DNA of 64,000 nucleotides from NCBI GenBank assembly GCA_963734545.1, contig CAVTHO010000004.1:608001-672000 (forward strand), in the 5' to 3' direction. The position numbers and the translations under genes are program-made. This DNA is from an uncultured Spirochaetota bacterium (GTDB taxonomy: Bacteria; Spirochaetota; Spirochaetia; SZUA-6; Fen-1364). Position 1 is the stretch's first letter; the number at the start of each line of letters is the position of its first letter. This document shows positions 1-9,844 of the stretch, in pieces. The notes beneath the pieces were generated by a model that was not told the DNA's origin, ran no database searches, and saw only the letters and a list, made by a program, of their open reading frames with translations.

Positions 1-227
1 TCCAGCTCCTGCCGGTCAAGACCGACCGCGATCTTCCCGTCCAGGAGGGCGATGGTCGCGGGCACGGCGCCGCATTCCCGCGCAAGGGCCTCCGCGGCGA
101 GCGCCGTTTCCACGTTGCGTGGATAGGGCATGCCATGGCTGATGATCGTGGATTCGAAAGCAACAACCGGCCGGCGCGCGCGCAGCGCATCCGCCACTTC
201 GACGGACAGTCTCACCAGGTCAATCAC
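1..227 (-). CDS. psuG: Pseudouridine-5'-phosphate glycosidase, N-terminal part (runs off window)
   Basis: The reverse strand from GTG 227 reads (M)[45 protein letters not shown], containing the PsuG/IndA ESTII.HGMPYP motif. It overlaps the upstream stop codon (GTGA). Confidence 0.9.
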   Translation of the reverse strand, partial: MIDLVRLSVEVADALRARRPVVAFESTIISHGMPYPRNVETALAAEALARECGAVPATIALLDGKIAVGLDRQEL

Positions 228-1049
228 AGCGCGCCTCGCTGGAGCTTTTCCTCGACGAAAGCCATTGCCCCGTGCACGGCGGCGGTTATTTCCTCCCCTG
301 CATGGAGCCGTGAAAGAAGCGCGGCAAGCAGCAGGTCTCCTGCGCCGGTGGTATCCTGCGCCTGCACGACAACGGACGGCGGGAAATCCTCCCGGCCCTC
401 CTTGCGGTACAATTGTGCCCCCTCGCTGCCGCGTGTCACGAGAATATTCAGAATGCGCTTCTCCGCCATGAACGCGGGAATATCAGTCGTGAGAGCCCGC
501 AGCTCCTCACCGGTCGGGGTGAGGAGATACAGGCCACGGAGGGCCCCGGCGATGCCGAACGGCCTTTTCCACGGACACGGGCTCGAAAACCACGCGCGTA
601 CGGTCCGCGTAGCGGCGCGTCAGGTCCGCGAGGAGCCGGGGCGACAGGTTCGCATCCAGCACGAGGAAGTCCTTCTGCCCGGGATCACCGAGCCGGCTGA
701 TCACGAAGTCAGCGGAGAGGGACTCTTCCACGATGCGAAAGTCCGAGGCACCTACTTTCAGGCTCCCTTTTTCCATGAGCGCGAGGTACAGCGGGGGTCC
801 GGCGTCCGCGCCCCGCACCACCTGGAGGGCCACATCACCGTCGGCTTCCAGCGCCTGCCGTGCCCACTGCGAGATAGGGTCGACCCCCAGCGCGGTGATG
901 AACCGCCTGGGCGCGTCGAGATTGCTGAAAATGCGATACCCCACCCCGCCGAGCCCGAGCTTGATGTCCGATGGGTTCGAAGTGCCTTCGAGAAACTTTT
1001 CCCGGACAGCGATCATGTCGATTGCAACGGCGCCCACTACAAAGATCAT
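224..1049 (-). CDS. PfkB-family carbohydrate kinase, probable pseudouridine kinase; frameshift near 550
   Basis: The N-part [15 protein letters not shown] lies in ORF 507-1241 and the C-part with DTTGAGD lies in ORF 224-469. Removing one base near 550 joins them. It is coupled to psuG. Confidence 0.8.
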
Positions 1050-1118
1050 GCACATGACGATGCGCGATCCTCTTCCGACTGTCAATTCTCCTGTCGTTGT
1101 GGTATCAATGATACTGCG

Positions 1119-2750
1119 ATGGCACACGGCACCGCGGGCAGAGAGCAGGACATCGTTCTCAAGGGCGGTCTCGTCGTCGACGGCACGGGCGGCGCGCCTT
1201 TTTCCGGCACTATTCTGATCCGGGCGGGCAAAATCCATCACATATCACCCCGGCCCATCCGCTCCAAAGGCATTGCGATCGACTGCGCGGGCAAGGTCAT
1301 CGCGCCCGGATTCATCGATGCGCATTCCCACCTGGACTGGCACATACCCATCAAGGGGCACGATGAGCTGAAGTACCCTTTCCTGGCGCAGGGCATAACG
1401 ACCGTGGTGGCGGGAAATTGCGGGGCATCCGCCGCCGGCTTCAGGGAGAACAGCGCCTGGAAGGGGCAGGCCGAGAGCAATCTCCTGAGGAACGGACTTC
1501 TGAAAATCGAATGGGATTCGGTGAGCGACTATCTGTCGCGCATCGGCTCATCCGGCGCCAGCCATAACATCGCGCTGCTCGTGGGGCATGGCTCGACGCG
1601 CGCCTCCATTCGCGGCAATGTCCCCTCTCCCCTTCATCCCTACGAGGCCAAGGAGCTTCTGTGGCTGCTGGAAAACGCCATGGATCAGGGGGCCTGCGGA
1701 GTCTCGCTCGGCCTTCAGTACGAACCAGGCCTTTTTGCCAGTCCCGAGGAAATCAGGGAAGTCGCCCTGTTGGTCAAGAAAAAGGGCAAGATCCTCTCGG
1801 TTCACCTGCGCGCCCTTTCCGCCCTTGCCCCCGGATACCCTCTGCGGGCCTTCGGAGAGCCGCATAACGTGGCTGCGCTCCGCGAGATGCTGGACCTTGC
1901 GAGGCGCACCGGCGTGCGGCTCCAGATCTCGCATCTCATCTTCGTCGGCTCACGGACATGGCGGACAGCGGAGACCGTTCTGGAGCTCATCGACAAGGCC
2001 ATCGCGGACGGTGTCGACGTGCGCTTTGACGCCTACCCCTTTCACTGCGGAGCGTCGGTGATCAGCGTCATGCTGTCCCCGTGGTTCATTGCGAAAGGCC
2101 AGGCCGCCTACGAGGATGCCGGGGCGCTTCGACAGCAGAAGCGGGAAATACAGCGCGTGGAGCGTCTGCTCGGCTTCGGGCCGTCGGATATCCAGGTGAC
2201 TGATACGCTGGACAGCGACCTTGCCGACTACAACGGGAAGTTCCTTCACGAGATCGCGCGCGTGCGCAGGATGAACCCCGTCGAGGCTTTGATCGATATC
2301 TCGCGGCGAAGCCACGGGCGCGCGCGGGTGCTCTGTCATCGCTACAGCAATGACAAGATCGTCGAAGCCCTGATGAAGCACCCTGCCGCGCTCTTCATGA
2401 CGGACGCCTGGGTGGAGCGGACCGGGCTGCAGAACCCCTCCGCGTACGGGGCTTTCCCGCGGCTGCTGCAGATGACGCGCGAGCGCCGGTTGCTGCCGCT
2501 GGAGGAAGTGATCCGCAAGATGACCGGCGCAACGGCAGAGCGTTTCGGGCTTGCCGGCCGGGGTGTGCTGAGGGAAGGATTCCCCGCGGACGTCACGGTC
2601 TTCGACTATGAAAACGTACGGGACAACACGACAACCAGTGAGACCAGCATGGCGCCTTCGGGCATCGAATACGTGATCGTGAACGGACAAAAGATAATCG
2701 GGGCGGGGCGGAAGGAACACCCCCTGAACGCCGGCGTCGCTCTTCCCTGA
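1119..2750 (+). CDS. N-acyl-D-amino-acid deacylase / D-aminoacylase (amidohydrolase 3)
   Basis: Motifs GGLVVDGTG, APGFIDAHSH, QGITTVVAGNCG, GAFPR, KMT. The plausible start is ATG 1119; the ORF-track extension to 135 overlaps the kinase gene. Confidence 0.88.
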   Translation: MAHGTAGREQDIVLKGGLVVDGTGGAPFSGTILIRAGKIHHISPRPIRSKGIAIDCAGKVIAPGFIDAHSHLDWHIPIKGHDELKYPFLAQGITTVVAGNCGASAAGFRENSAWKGQAESNLLRNGLLKIEWDSVSDYLSRIGSSGASHNIALLVGHGSTRASIRGNVPSPLHPYEAKELLWLLENAMDQGACGVSLGLQYEPGLFASPEEIREVALLVKKKGKILSVHLRALSALAPGYPLRAFGEPHNVAALREMLDLARRTGVRLQISHLIFVGSRTWRTAETVLELIDKAIADGVDVRFDAYPFHCGASVISVMLSPWFIAKGQAAYEDAGALRQQKREIQRVERLLGFGPSDIQVTDTLDSDLADYNGKFLHEIARVRRMNPVEALIDISRRSHGRARVLCHRYSNDKIVEALMKHPAALFMTDAWVERTGLQNPSAYGAFPRLLQMTRERRLLPLEEVIRKMTGATAERFGLAGRGVLREGFPADVTVFDYENVRDNTTTSETSMAPSGIEYVIVNGQKIIGAGRKEHPLNAGVALP

Positions 2751-2803
2751 GCGCCGCGGTATCCCCGCGGATTTATCGCGCCGCGGTATTTCCGCGGATT
2801 ATC
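2751..2803. repeat. Tandem pair of ~27-bp palindromic (REP-like) units between convergent genes
   Basis: gcgccgcggtatccccgcggatttatc followed by gcgccgcggtatttccgcggattatc; each unit can fold via CCGCGG..CCGCGG. Confidence 0.7.
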
Positions 2804-4301
2804 GTAGTATCTTCTTCAGCTCCTCTTCCCACCGCCCGTACGCCTCGAGATAGGCGGGTCTCCGCGATTGATCCGGCTCGGCGATCTGCACGGCCTTCAG
2901 GCCGACAAAAGCCTCTTTCATGGTGGTGTACACACCCGCGCCGAGGCCGGCGCCGCGCGCGGCGCCCTGCGCGCCGTCCGTGCTGAAGAGCTCCACCCGG
3001 GCTCCCGTGACGCTGGCAAAGGCGTCGCGAAACAGCGGACTGAGGAACATGTTGGCGTGACCGGCGCGCACGGTGCGTGCTTCGACCCCCATGCCTCTCA
3101 TGATCCCGAGGCCGTACTGAAGCGCGAATACGATCCCTTCCTGCGCAGCCCGGAGAAGGTGAGGAATACCGTGCCTGTTGAAGTCGAGCCCGAGGATCGA
3201 CGCGCCCGGGTTCCTGTTCTCCAGCGTCCTTTCCGCGCCGTTTCCGTAGGGGAGGATGATCAGGCCGTCGGACCCGATCGGCGCCTCCGAGGCGACCCGG
3301 TTCAGCTCGTCATAGGGGACCGCTCCCGAGTCCCCCACGAGCAGGCGTCGGATCCAGCTGTAAAGGATGCCTGTCCCATTGACGCACATGAGGACGCCGT
3401 AGCGGGGGTTCTCCTTCGAATGCGTGACGTGGACAAATGTGTTCACCCGTGACGCCTCGTCATGGGCCGGCGAGGAGGTGATGCCATAGACCACGCCGGA
3501 AGTTCCCGCGGTGGTGGCAGCCTCCCCCGGATCCACCACGCTGAGGGAAAACGCGTTGTTCGGCTGATCGCCCGCCCTGTAGCAGACCGGCGTTCCCTTC
3601 TTCAGGCCGAGCGCGGCGGCCGCTTCAGCCGTCAGACCGCCCTGCACGGAGAATGTCGGCGAGGGCTCGGGAACCATTTCCCGAGGAATCCCGTACCAAT
3701 CCAGCACGAAATCCGCCAGACCCTGCCGTGAGAAATCCCAGAGGATGCCCTCCGAGAGCCCCGAAGGAGACGTGCGGATTTCCCCCGTCATGCGCAGGGC
3801 CACCCAGTCACCGGGGAGCATGAACTTTGCGACACGTGCGAAAATGTCCGGCTCGTTCTCTTTTACCCATGCGAGCTTGGAGGCGGTGAAATTGCCGGGG
3901 GAGTTCAGCAGGCGTGAGAGGCAGGTCTGCTCACCAATGCCGCGAAACGCATTTTCGCCGATCTGCACCGCCCTGCTGTCGCACCAGATGATGGAAGGCC
4001 GCAGCACCTTCCCGGCCTTGTCCACGAGCACCAGGCCGTGCATCTGGTAGGTGATTCCGATCCCGAGGACCGCGTCGAATGCCTTCCCCGTGGAAGCCTT
4101 GAGCTCCGCGGCTGCCGCGAGGATGTTCTCCCACCAGATCGAAGGGTCCTGCTCGGCCCAGCCCGGCCGCTTTGCCTCTATGGCAAGCTCCTTCTTCGGG
4201 GAGGTTGCCGCGCCTGCCACGACCCCTGTGCCCGCGTCCAGCAGAGTCGCCTTGATCGCGGAGCTCCCCACGTCGATGCCCAAGAGGTATCCGTCACGCA
4301 T
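2799..4301 (-). CDS. xylB: Xylulokinase (FGGY carbohydrate kinase)
   Basis: Motifs LGIDVGSS, GWAEQDP, YQMHG, IIWCDSR, GNFTASKL, GDQP, GAER. Confidence 0.88.
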   Translation of the reverse strand: MRDGYLLGIDVGSSAIKATLLDAGTGVVAGAATSPKKELAIEAKRPGWAEQDPSIWWENILAAAAELKASTGKAFDAVLGIGITYQMHGLVLVDKAGKVLRPSIIWCDSRAVQIGENAFRGIGEQTCLSRLLNSPGNFTASKLAWVKENEPDIFARVAKFMLPGDWVALRMTGEIRTSPSGLSEGILWDFSRQGLADFVLDWYGIPREMVPEPSPTFSVQGGLTAEAAAALGLKKGTPVCYRAGDQPNNAFSLSVVDPGEAATTAGTSGVVYGITSSPAHDEASRVNTFVHVTHSKENPRYGVLMCVNGTGILYSWIRRLLVGDSGAVPYDELNRVASEAPIGSDGLIILPYGNGAERTLENRNPGASILGLDFNRHGIPHLLRAAQEGIVFALQYGLGIMRGMGVEARTVRAGHANMFLSPLFRDAFASVTGARVELFSTDGAQGAARGAGLGAGVYTTMKEAFVGLKAVQIAEPDQSRRPAYLEAYGRWEEELKKILR

Positions 4302-4438
4302 GTGGTGGTTATACCCGAGCGCGCCCGGCTTGGGAAGTCCGCGCGGCGCCGGCCGTACGGCGCCGCATCCGGTGGAGAGTCTCGTTCCTTGACGCCGGCG
4401 GACCGAGCGTCTATGCTTTTCTGTCGGGGGAGGCGCAC

Positions 4439-4702
4439 ATGGAACCAGACAAGGGGAACGAGTTCAAGGTCAAGGGCGAAGAGCTGCTCAAAAAGATCAA
4501 AGACATCGTCCACGAGGGAAATGTCCGCAAGATCATCATCAAGGACGACAAGGGCACGCCCTACATGGAGATTCCGCTTACGTTCGGCGTGGTCGGGGCC
4601 CTTATTGCCCCCGTGCTGGCCGCGGTGGGAGCGCTTGCCGCGCTGGCGTCCAACTTTACCCTGGAGATCGTGCGCAAGGACGGGGATTCCAAGACCACCT
4701 AG
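4439..4702 (+). CDS. DUF4342 domain protein
   Basis: ELLKKIKDIVHEGNVRKIIIK..EIPLTFGVVGALIAP pattern; GGAGG RBS. Confidence 0.85.
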   Translation: MEPDKGNEFKVKGEELLKKIKDIVHEGNVRKIIIKDDKGTPYMEIPLTFGVVGALIAPVLAAVGALAALASNFTLEIVRKDGDSKTT

Positions 4703-4896
4703 TAGCGGCGCGAACCTCCCAGGATCCGGGACGGCAGAAAAAGGATTGCCTTGATGAGCGCCAGGACTGCATCCATCGTCATGCCCACTACCCGGAAGGG
4801 CAGCAGCACCAGCCACGCAATGGGGTAGAGCACGAGAACAACAAGGGCCAGCGGCCAGCAGATCAGGACCAGCAGCAGCCAGATCAGGAATCTCAT
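4699..4896 (-). CDS. Small hydrophobic membrane protein
   Basis: 65-aa, very hydrophobic ORF (CWPLAL..LYP..WLVLLPFR) whose stop overlaps the neighbouring gene. Confidence 0.65.
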   Translation of the reverse strand: MRFLIWLLLVLICWPLALVVLVLYPIAWLVLLPFRVVGMTMDAVLALIKAILFLPSRILGGSRRY

Positions 4897-5012
4897 GGGT
4901 GTGAGGGTAGACGGACCGCCCGGTGATTGTCAATTCAAAGCACACATCCGAGGGGCAAAATCCGTCTCCCGCGGGGTTGTATATCGGTCACCAGAAAGAC
5001 AAGGAGGATGTC

Positions 5013-5306
5013 ATGTCTGACCTCAATGCGAAGGTCGAGCTTGCGCACAAGATCGCGGAGCGCAAGCTGGCGTTCATACGGCACGCAATCAGCTACCTGG
5101 TCGTCATCATCGGCCTGGCCATCGTCAACAACCTCGGCTATGCGAGCGACGGGCCGCGGTACCAGTGGTGGCTCTGGGTGGCGTTCGGATGGGGAATCGG
5201 CGTCGTCTCTCATTTCCTCTCCGCATTCCTCTACCAGTCCGGCAACCTTGTGGAAAAGATGGCGAAACGCGAGCTGGAGAAGATGAATGAGTCGAACAAG
5301 ACTTAG
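5013..5306 (+). CDS. 2TM domain protein
   Basis: AAGGAGG RBS before ATG 5013; HAISYLVV..WWLWVAFGWGIGVVSH pattern. Confidence 0.8.
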   Translation: MSDLNAKVELAHKIAERKLAFIRHAISYLVVIIGLAIVNNLGYASDGPRYQWWLWVAFGWGIGVVSHFLSAFLYQSGNLVEKMAKRELEKMNESNKT

Positions 5307-6192
5307 CCCCATCGACATCCTCGGGATCACTTTGGGAGTCATCGTCATCCTCATCGTCATCGGCAGCGTGGTCGTGATCGCGCAGGGCCGGATGTTCGAC
5401 TTCAGATGGTCGATTCCCGAGCTGCGCGGCTCCTGGGCGCGCCCGCAGGCCTCCATCGGCGGCCCGGTACGGGAAGAAAAGGACGAGAAAATAGCGGGAG
5501 ACTTCGCGGAGATCGAGGTGCGCACCATCGCCGGCTCCATAGCGATCAGCGGGACCTCCGCCGGCGGGGTGAACGTGCACTCCGTGAAGACCGCGATGTT
5601 CCGCAATGCAGCCGACAATGTTCATGTCGAAATCCGGAAACAGGGGAACCGCCTCGTCGTGGAGGAGAAGCACGAGCCGCGTTTCTTCTTTCCCTCCGGC
5701 ACGATCTCGTTCCAGGTCGTGATCCCCCGGGGCGTGAAGCTCATCGATGCGCACTCCGTCAGCGGAAGCATCACGGTGCATGATGTCCTGTCGGGCATCG
5801 ATCAGAGCCTGAGCACGATTTCAGGATCCGTCTCCACGAGCCGCGCGCACAACCTGAGCGCATCCAGCACGAGCGGTCAGATCCAATTCGCCTCGGACGG
5901 CGGCTCTCTCAGCGCGCGCACCGTTTCCGGCTCGATCAATGGTGACATAGACTCCCTTGAAAAAGGGGGTTCCGCACGCCTCGCCACGGTTTCCGGCTCG
6001 GTCACCCTGAACGCGTTCCCCGGCCTGGACGCTAAAATCTCCCTTCATTCGGTGAGCGGGCGCGTTTCCTGTGATTTCCCCGTCACGATCTCCGAGCAGA
6101 AGAACAACCGTCTGGAGGGAACGATCGGCGCGGGGGCGGCCAGCCTGGACGCGGGCACGATCAGCGGAAGCATCAGCATCAACAAGAAGTAG
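5287..6192 (+). CDS. DUF4097 (adhesin-like beta-strand repeat) membrane-anchored protein
   Basis: N-terminal TM helix and repeated (T/S)(V/I)SGS(I/V) units. Confidence 0.85.
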   Translation: MSRTRLSPIDILGITLGVIVILIVIGSVVVIAQGRMFDFRWSIPELRGSWARPQASIGGPVREEKDEKIAGDFAEIEVRTIAGSIAISGTSAGGVNVHSVKTAMFRNAADNVHVEIRKQGNRLVVEEKHEPRFFFPSGTISFQVVIPRGVKLIDAHSVSGSITVHDVLSGIDQSLSTISGSVSTSRAHNLSASSTSGQIQFASDGGSLSARTVSGSINGDIDSLEKGGSARLATVSGSVTLNAFPGLDAKISLHSVSGRVSCDFPVTISEQKNNRLEGTIGAGAASLDAGTISGSISINKK

Positions 6193-6277
6193 GGGCGGCG
6201 TGCTGCTGCCGGGCGTGCGCCCCTGGCTTGCACGTCGTGCTGCCTCCGTATAGGATCGCGTCCAGGCAGCACGGCTC

Positions 6278-9200
6278 ATGGCAACCGACAAGAGAAAGCA
6301 TACACGTGTCAGTCACCGCGACACGGTGGAGCTCACATCAGGGTCGTACACGTTCTCCGGAACCTCCGTCAACGTCAGTACGAGCGGAATGCAGGTGGTT
6401 GTCCGGCTGCCGGAGTCTCATGATTCGATCCGCAGCATAGCCTTCCAGATCCCCGGCTCCGGCGAACGCGTCGAGCTGCCCTGTCGCCTGATTCGCAATT
6501 CGGAACACGATGTCGAGGGTGACCAGGTCCTGGGCCTCGAATTTCTCTACGAAGCGGATGCCCAGCTCCTGCTCATCGAGAAGTTCATCCAGGATACCCA
6601 GCGCAGCAGGGACGATGCACGCGAGCTTCCCCGGACCTCCTGCCACCTGGACGATGTCACGGTCGAAAACCAGGCGGTCGAGGTTCTCTCCATTGACAAC
6701 CTCTCCACCGAGGGAATGCTTCTCAGCTATCGCGGAAACCTGAGACAGGGCGACCCGCTCACCGTGAGCGTGGGCATTCCGGGGGACGAGCGCCGCCTGC
6801 GCCTGACGGGCGTCGTGGTGTACGTGATGGAGAACGTGCTTCGGGGATCTTTGACGGCGGGCTTGCGGCTGTCGGTCATGAAAGAGACCGAGGAACGCAG
6901 ACTGAGGAATCTCATCGTCGCCTGCTCCTCGGGGAGCGCGATACGCGGCCTGCACCAGCACATTCATTCCAGGACGCTGGAACCCGAGTCCCGAATAACA
7001 GATCCGGTCCTGATCAGCGACATCCTGCAGGCTCTGCAAGTGGAATGCGTGCGCCTGAGCACGCTGGTAGAAGGTTCCTTCACCATCCTCGAGCATGAGG
7101 TTGAGGGCGTTGACCAGGACCTGCGGCGGTTCACGATCAAGCCGGACAGAGCGCTCGTCTCGCGCGCCCTCACACCGGGTGTAGCGGTGTACTTCAGCTT
7201 CTACAGGAACAAGGCCAGCTACTACTTCAAGGCGGAAGCCGCCTCCGCCAGCGACCAGCTCTTGAGCTTCCCTTTTCCCGTCGTCGTGTTCCGCACGGAC
7301 AAGAGATCCTACCAGAGAAAGCCGCTGCAGAACGTCTCTCGCGTGAGGCTGGGGGTCCTCGGAGAGAAGTCGGAAAGGCATACCTTCGAGGGGACATTGA
7401 TCGACATCAGCCGCAGAGGGTTTCTCTGCGAGCTTCATCTCACCGCCGAATCCCAGGCATTATTTCAGAAGGGAAAAGGCATTCATTACACCGTGGACGA
7501 CAGGCTGGGTCTGGGAAGCGAAGGCCAGATCCGACACCTGAAGGCTCTGCCTTCACCCGAAGGCGTTATGCTCCAGGTCGGTGTGGAGGCGGGAATCGGC
7601 AGAAACGCGGTGCGTTCCCGCCGCATCCCGGATGCAGAATGGGAAGAAGGGAACTCGAGCAGGAACTGGCCGCCCGGTCCTGAAAGGCACATCGAGTCCC
7701 ACGTCGTGAGGTTCCCTGACAGGGACGGCCATGAAATCTGCGCCTTCCTCAACGCCACCGAGCTGCGGGTCAAAGCTCCCGTCGTCATCATCCCCTCGGC
7801 ATACGGGAAAAAGAAGGAAGCATTTTCTCCCCTCGTGGCGACCCTGCTCGCGAGCTTCTGGAGCGAGGGAAAGAACATCGTCACGCTGCGCTTCGACGGC
7901 ACCAACCGCCCGGGGGAAAGCTACCAGGAGGAAAGCAATCCACGGCGCGGGTACGAAATGCTCTCCTACAGGATCAGCCAGGGGCTCGGCGATCTCCAGG
8001 CGGCCCTGGACTTCGTACGCGACAACCCGTACTTCATCGCGGAAAAGGTGATCATGGTCTCCTTCAGCATGTCCGCCATTGACGTGCGGCGCCTGCTGAG
8101 CAGGGACGAGGAAAGTGGTGTCGACTACTGGATCAGCGTCATGGGGGTTCCCGCTGCGCAGACCACGCTCCGCAACATCCTGGGCGGCATCGACATCATC
8201 AGCAATTACCGCCTGGGGATTCCGAACGGCATCATCGGGCTGCTGGGGCATCTCATCGACATGGACATCATGGCGGCAGATGTGGTGGACAAGAAATACG
8301 CCTTCCTCACCGACGCGCGCCTGGACATGTCGCGCATCGCCATTCCCGTTCTGTGGATCTACGGCGTGTACGACAAGTGGGTGGAGATGGACGAGGTCAA
8401 GGACCTGATGTCGGTCAAGGCGCGCGGGACACGCGAGACGCTCGAGATCCCCACCGGGCACAACCTGCGCACCAGTGACGACGCCATCCAGACCTTCAAG
8501 CTGATCGCCAGCTCCATCCATGAAAAGCTGTACGGAAAACAGGTCACGGCGCGCGACCCCTGGAAAGAAGAGATGATGCGCGTGCTCACGGAGGAACGCG
8601 AGCGGCTTGAGAACAGGGCGGCTCCCCCGCTCACGGACTACTGGCGCGGGTACCTCCTCGGCAACGAGAGGAACACGGTCGGGTACGATTTCTATCGCCA
8701 TATCCCGGAGTTCAAGTCGTTTTTCAGAACACAGGCAAAATGCCTGTCGCTGGAGGCGGAGGAGATCGTTGCAGACCTGGGCTGCGGCACGGGAATCTTC
8801 CTGGAGGAGCTCCTGGACTTCATTGCGGGCAGGGAAGAGCGAACATCGGTACGAGAGATCACGGCAATCGACCTTATTCCGGACGCTCTGGACAGGACAA
8901 GGGCAAAGTGCGAAAGGATCGTCGCGAGGCACCCCGGCCTGGCTGAAATCGGCTTCCGGTATGTCCAGAAGAACCTGGAGCCCAACAGGCTCATCCCCGT
9001 TGCGCGTTTCATTGAATCAGATGCGCCGTCACTCGAGTCGCTTCGCAACAGGATCGAGGGGCTTTCCAGCAGAGTGCTCGACCGCCTCATCGAGCGAACC
9101 CCACCGGGGCTGCTGGAGGTGATGCGCGGTGCGGTCTCGGAAGAGATGATCTCAGGGCTTGCATCGACCCTGGAGCCGGTGGAGATGCAGACGGTACTGG

Positions 9201-9793
9201 AGTTCAACAGGGCGGCGCGCTTCCTGCAGAATCGGATCGGGCCCCGGGACATCAGGCCGGAGCGCCAGGCCGCGCAGATCGCCCCCGGCAGCCTGCGCAC
9301 GAGCGACCTGTTGTTCGAGACTCTGAGCTTCGACGACTGTGATTCCGTCCTGACCCTGGGGCTGCCTGAGAATCACTTCACAAAGATCGTCGCGAGCCTC
9401 TTCATCTCCTACCTTCGCAATCCAGACTACGCCCTTGCCGAGTGCCATCGCATGCTCACGCCGGGGGGGACCCTCGTGGTGTCCTCCATGAAACCCGACA
9501 GCGATATCTCCACGATATTCACCAACTATATACGAAAGGTGCTGAACCCAAGCTGCCCCGAAGAGGGCGAGAAGGACGACGAAGGCAGCGCCAGCGCTGC
9601 CCGGGCCATGCTCAACGAAGCGGCGAGCCTGTTCGAGCTGGAAGAAGACGGCTTCTTCAAGTTCTACACTGCGGATGAGCTGACAAAGCTGCTTTCCAGC
9701 GCCGGATTCGACGAAATCAGGGTGTTTCCTTCGATGGGAAACCCGGCCCAGGCAAATGTCGCGGTTGCAAGAAAAAGGTTGACAAAATCTTAG
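6278..9793 (+). CDS. Multidomain protein: three PilZ domains, LuxD-like alpha/beta hydrolase (acyl-thioesterase/transferase), class I SAM methyltransferase
   Basis: PilZ motif pairs RKHTR/NVSTSG, RELPR/NLSTEG and RSYQR/DISRRG. Hydrolase motifs SFSMSA, YDKWV, TGHNL. Methyltransferase motifs VADLGCGTG and ECHRMLTPGG. Confidence 0.85.
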   Translation: MATDKRKHTRVSHRDTVELTSGSYTFSGTSVNVSTSGMQVVVRLPESHDSIRSIAFQIPGSGERVELPCRLIRNSEHDVEGDQVLGLEFLYEADAQLLLIEKFIQDTQRSRDDARELPRTSCHLDDVTVENQAVEVLSIDNLSTEGMLLSYRGNLRQGDPLTVSVGIPGDERRLRLTGVVVYVMENVLRGSLTAGLRLSVMKETEERRLRNLIVACSSGSAIRGLHQHIHSRTLEPESRITDPVLISDILQALQVECVRLSTLVEGSFTILEHEVEGVDQDLRRFTIKPDRALVSRALTPGVAVYFSFYRNKASYYFKAEAASASDQLLSFPFPVVVFRTDKRSYQRKPLQNVSRVRLGVLGEKSERHTFEGTLIDISRRGFLCELHLTAESQALFQKGKGIHYTVDDRLGLGSEGQIRHLKALPSPEGVMLQVGVEAGIGRNAVRSRRIPDAEWEEGNSSRNWPPGPERHIESHVVRFPDRDGHEICAFLNATELRVKAPVVIIPSAYGKKKEAFSPLVATLLASFWSEGKNIVTLRFDGTNRPGESYQEESNPRRGYEMLSYRISQGLGDLQAALDFVRDNPYFIAEKVIMVSFSMSAIDVRRLLSRDEESGVDYWISVMGVPAAQTTLRNILGGIDIISNYRLGIPNGIIGLLGHLIDMDIMAADVVDKKYAFLTDARLDMSRIAIPVLWIYGVYDKWVEMDEVKDLMSVKARGTRETLEIPTGHNLRTSDDAIQTFKLIASSIHEKLYGKQVTARDPWKEEMMRVLTEERERLENRAAPPLTDYWRGYLLGNERNTVGYDFYRHIPEFKSFFRTQAKCLSLEAEEIVADLGCGTGIFLEELLDFIAGREERTSVREITAIDLIPDALDRTRAKCERIVARHPGLAEIGFRYVQKNLEPNRLIPVARFIESDAPSLESLRNRIEGLSSRVLDRLIERTPPGLLEVMRGAVSEEMISGLASTLEPVEMQTVLEFNRAARFLQNRIGPRDIRPERQAAQIAPGSLRTSDLLFETLSFDDCDSVLTLGLPENHFTKIVASLFISYLRNPDYALAECHRMLTPGGTLVVSSMKPDSDISTIFTNYIRKVLNPSCPEEGEKDDEGSASAARAMLNEAASLFELEEDGFFKFYTADELTKLLSSAGFDEIRVFPSMGNPAQANVAVARKRLTKS

Positions 9794-9806
9794 ATCCTTC
9801 TACAAT
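9779..9806 (+). promoter_or_regulatory. Near-consensus sigma70 promoter for the ligase-ACP genes
   Basis: TTGACA (9779-9784), N16, TACAAT (9801-9806); AGAGGA RBS before ATG 9845. Confidence 0.65.
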
Positions 9807-9844
9807 AGCCGTTAGTCCAATTAACTCTAATAGAAGAGGAATCT

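Noticed and set aside
135-1118. 871-aa ORF suggesting a long N-terminal extension on the D-aminoacylase
   Set aside because: The extension is the antisense shadow of the pfkB and psuG genes; amidohydrolase homology starts at ATG 1119.
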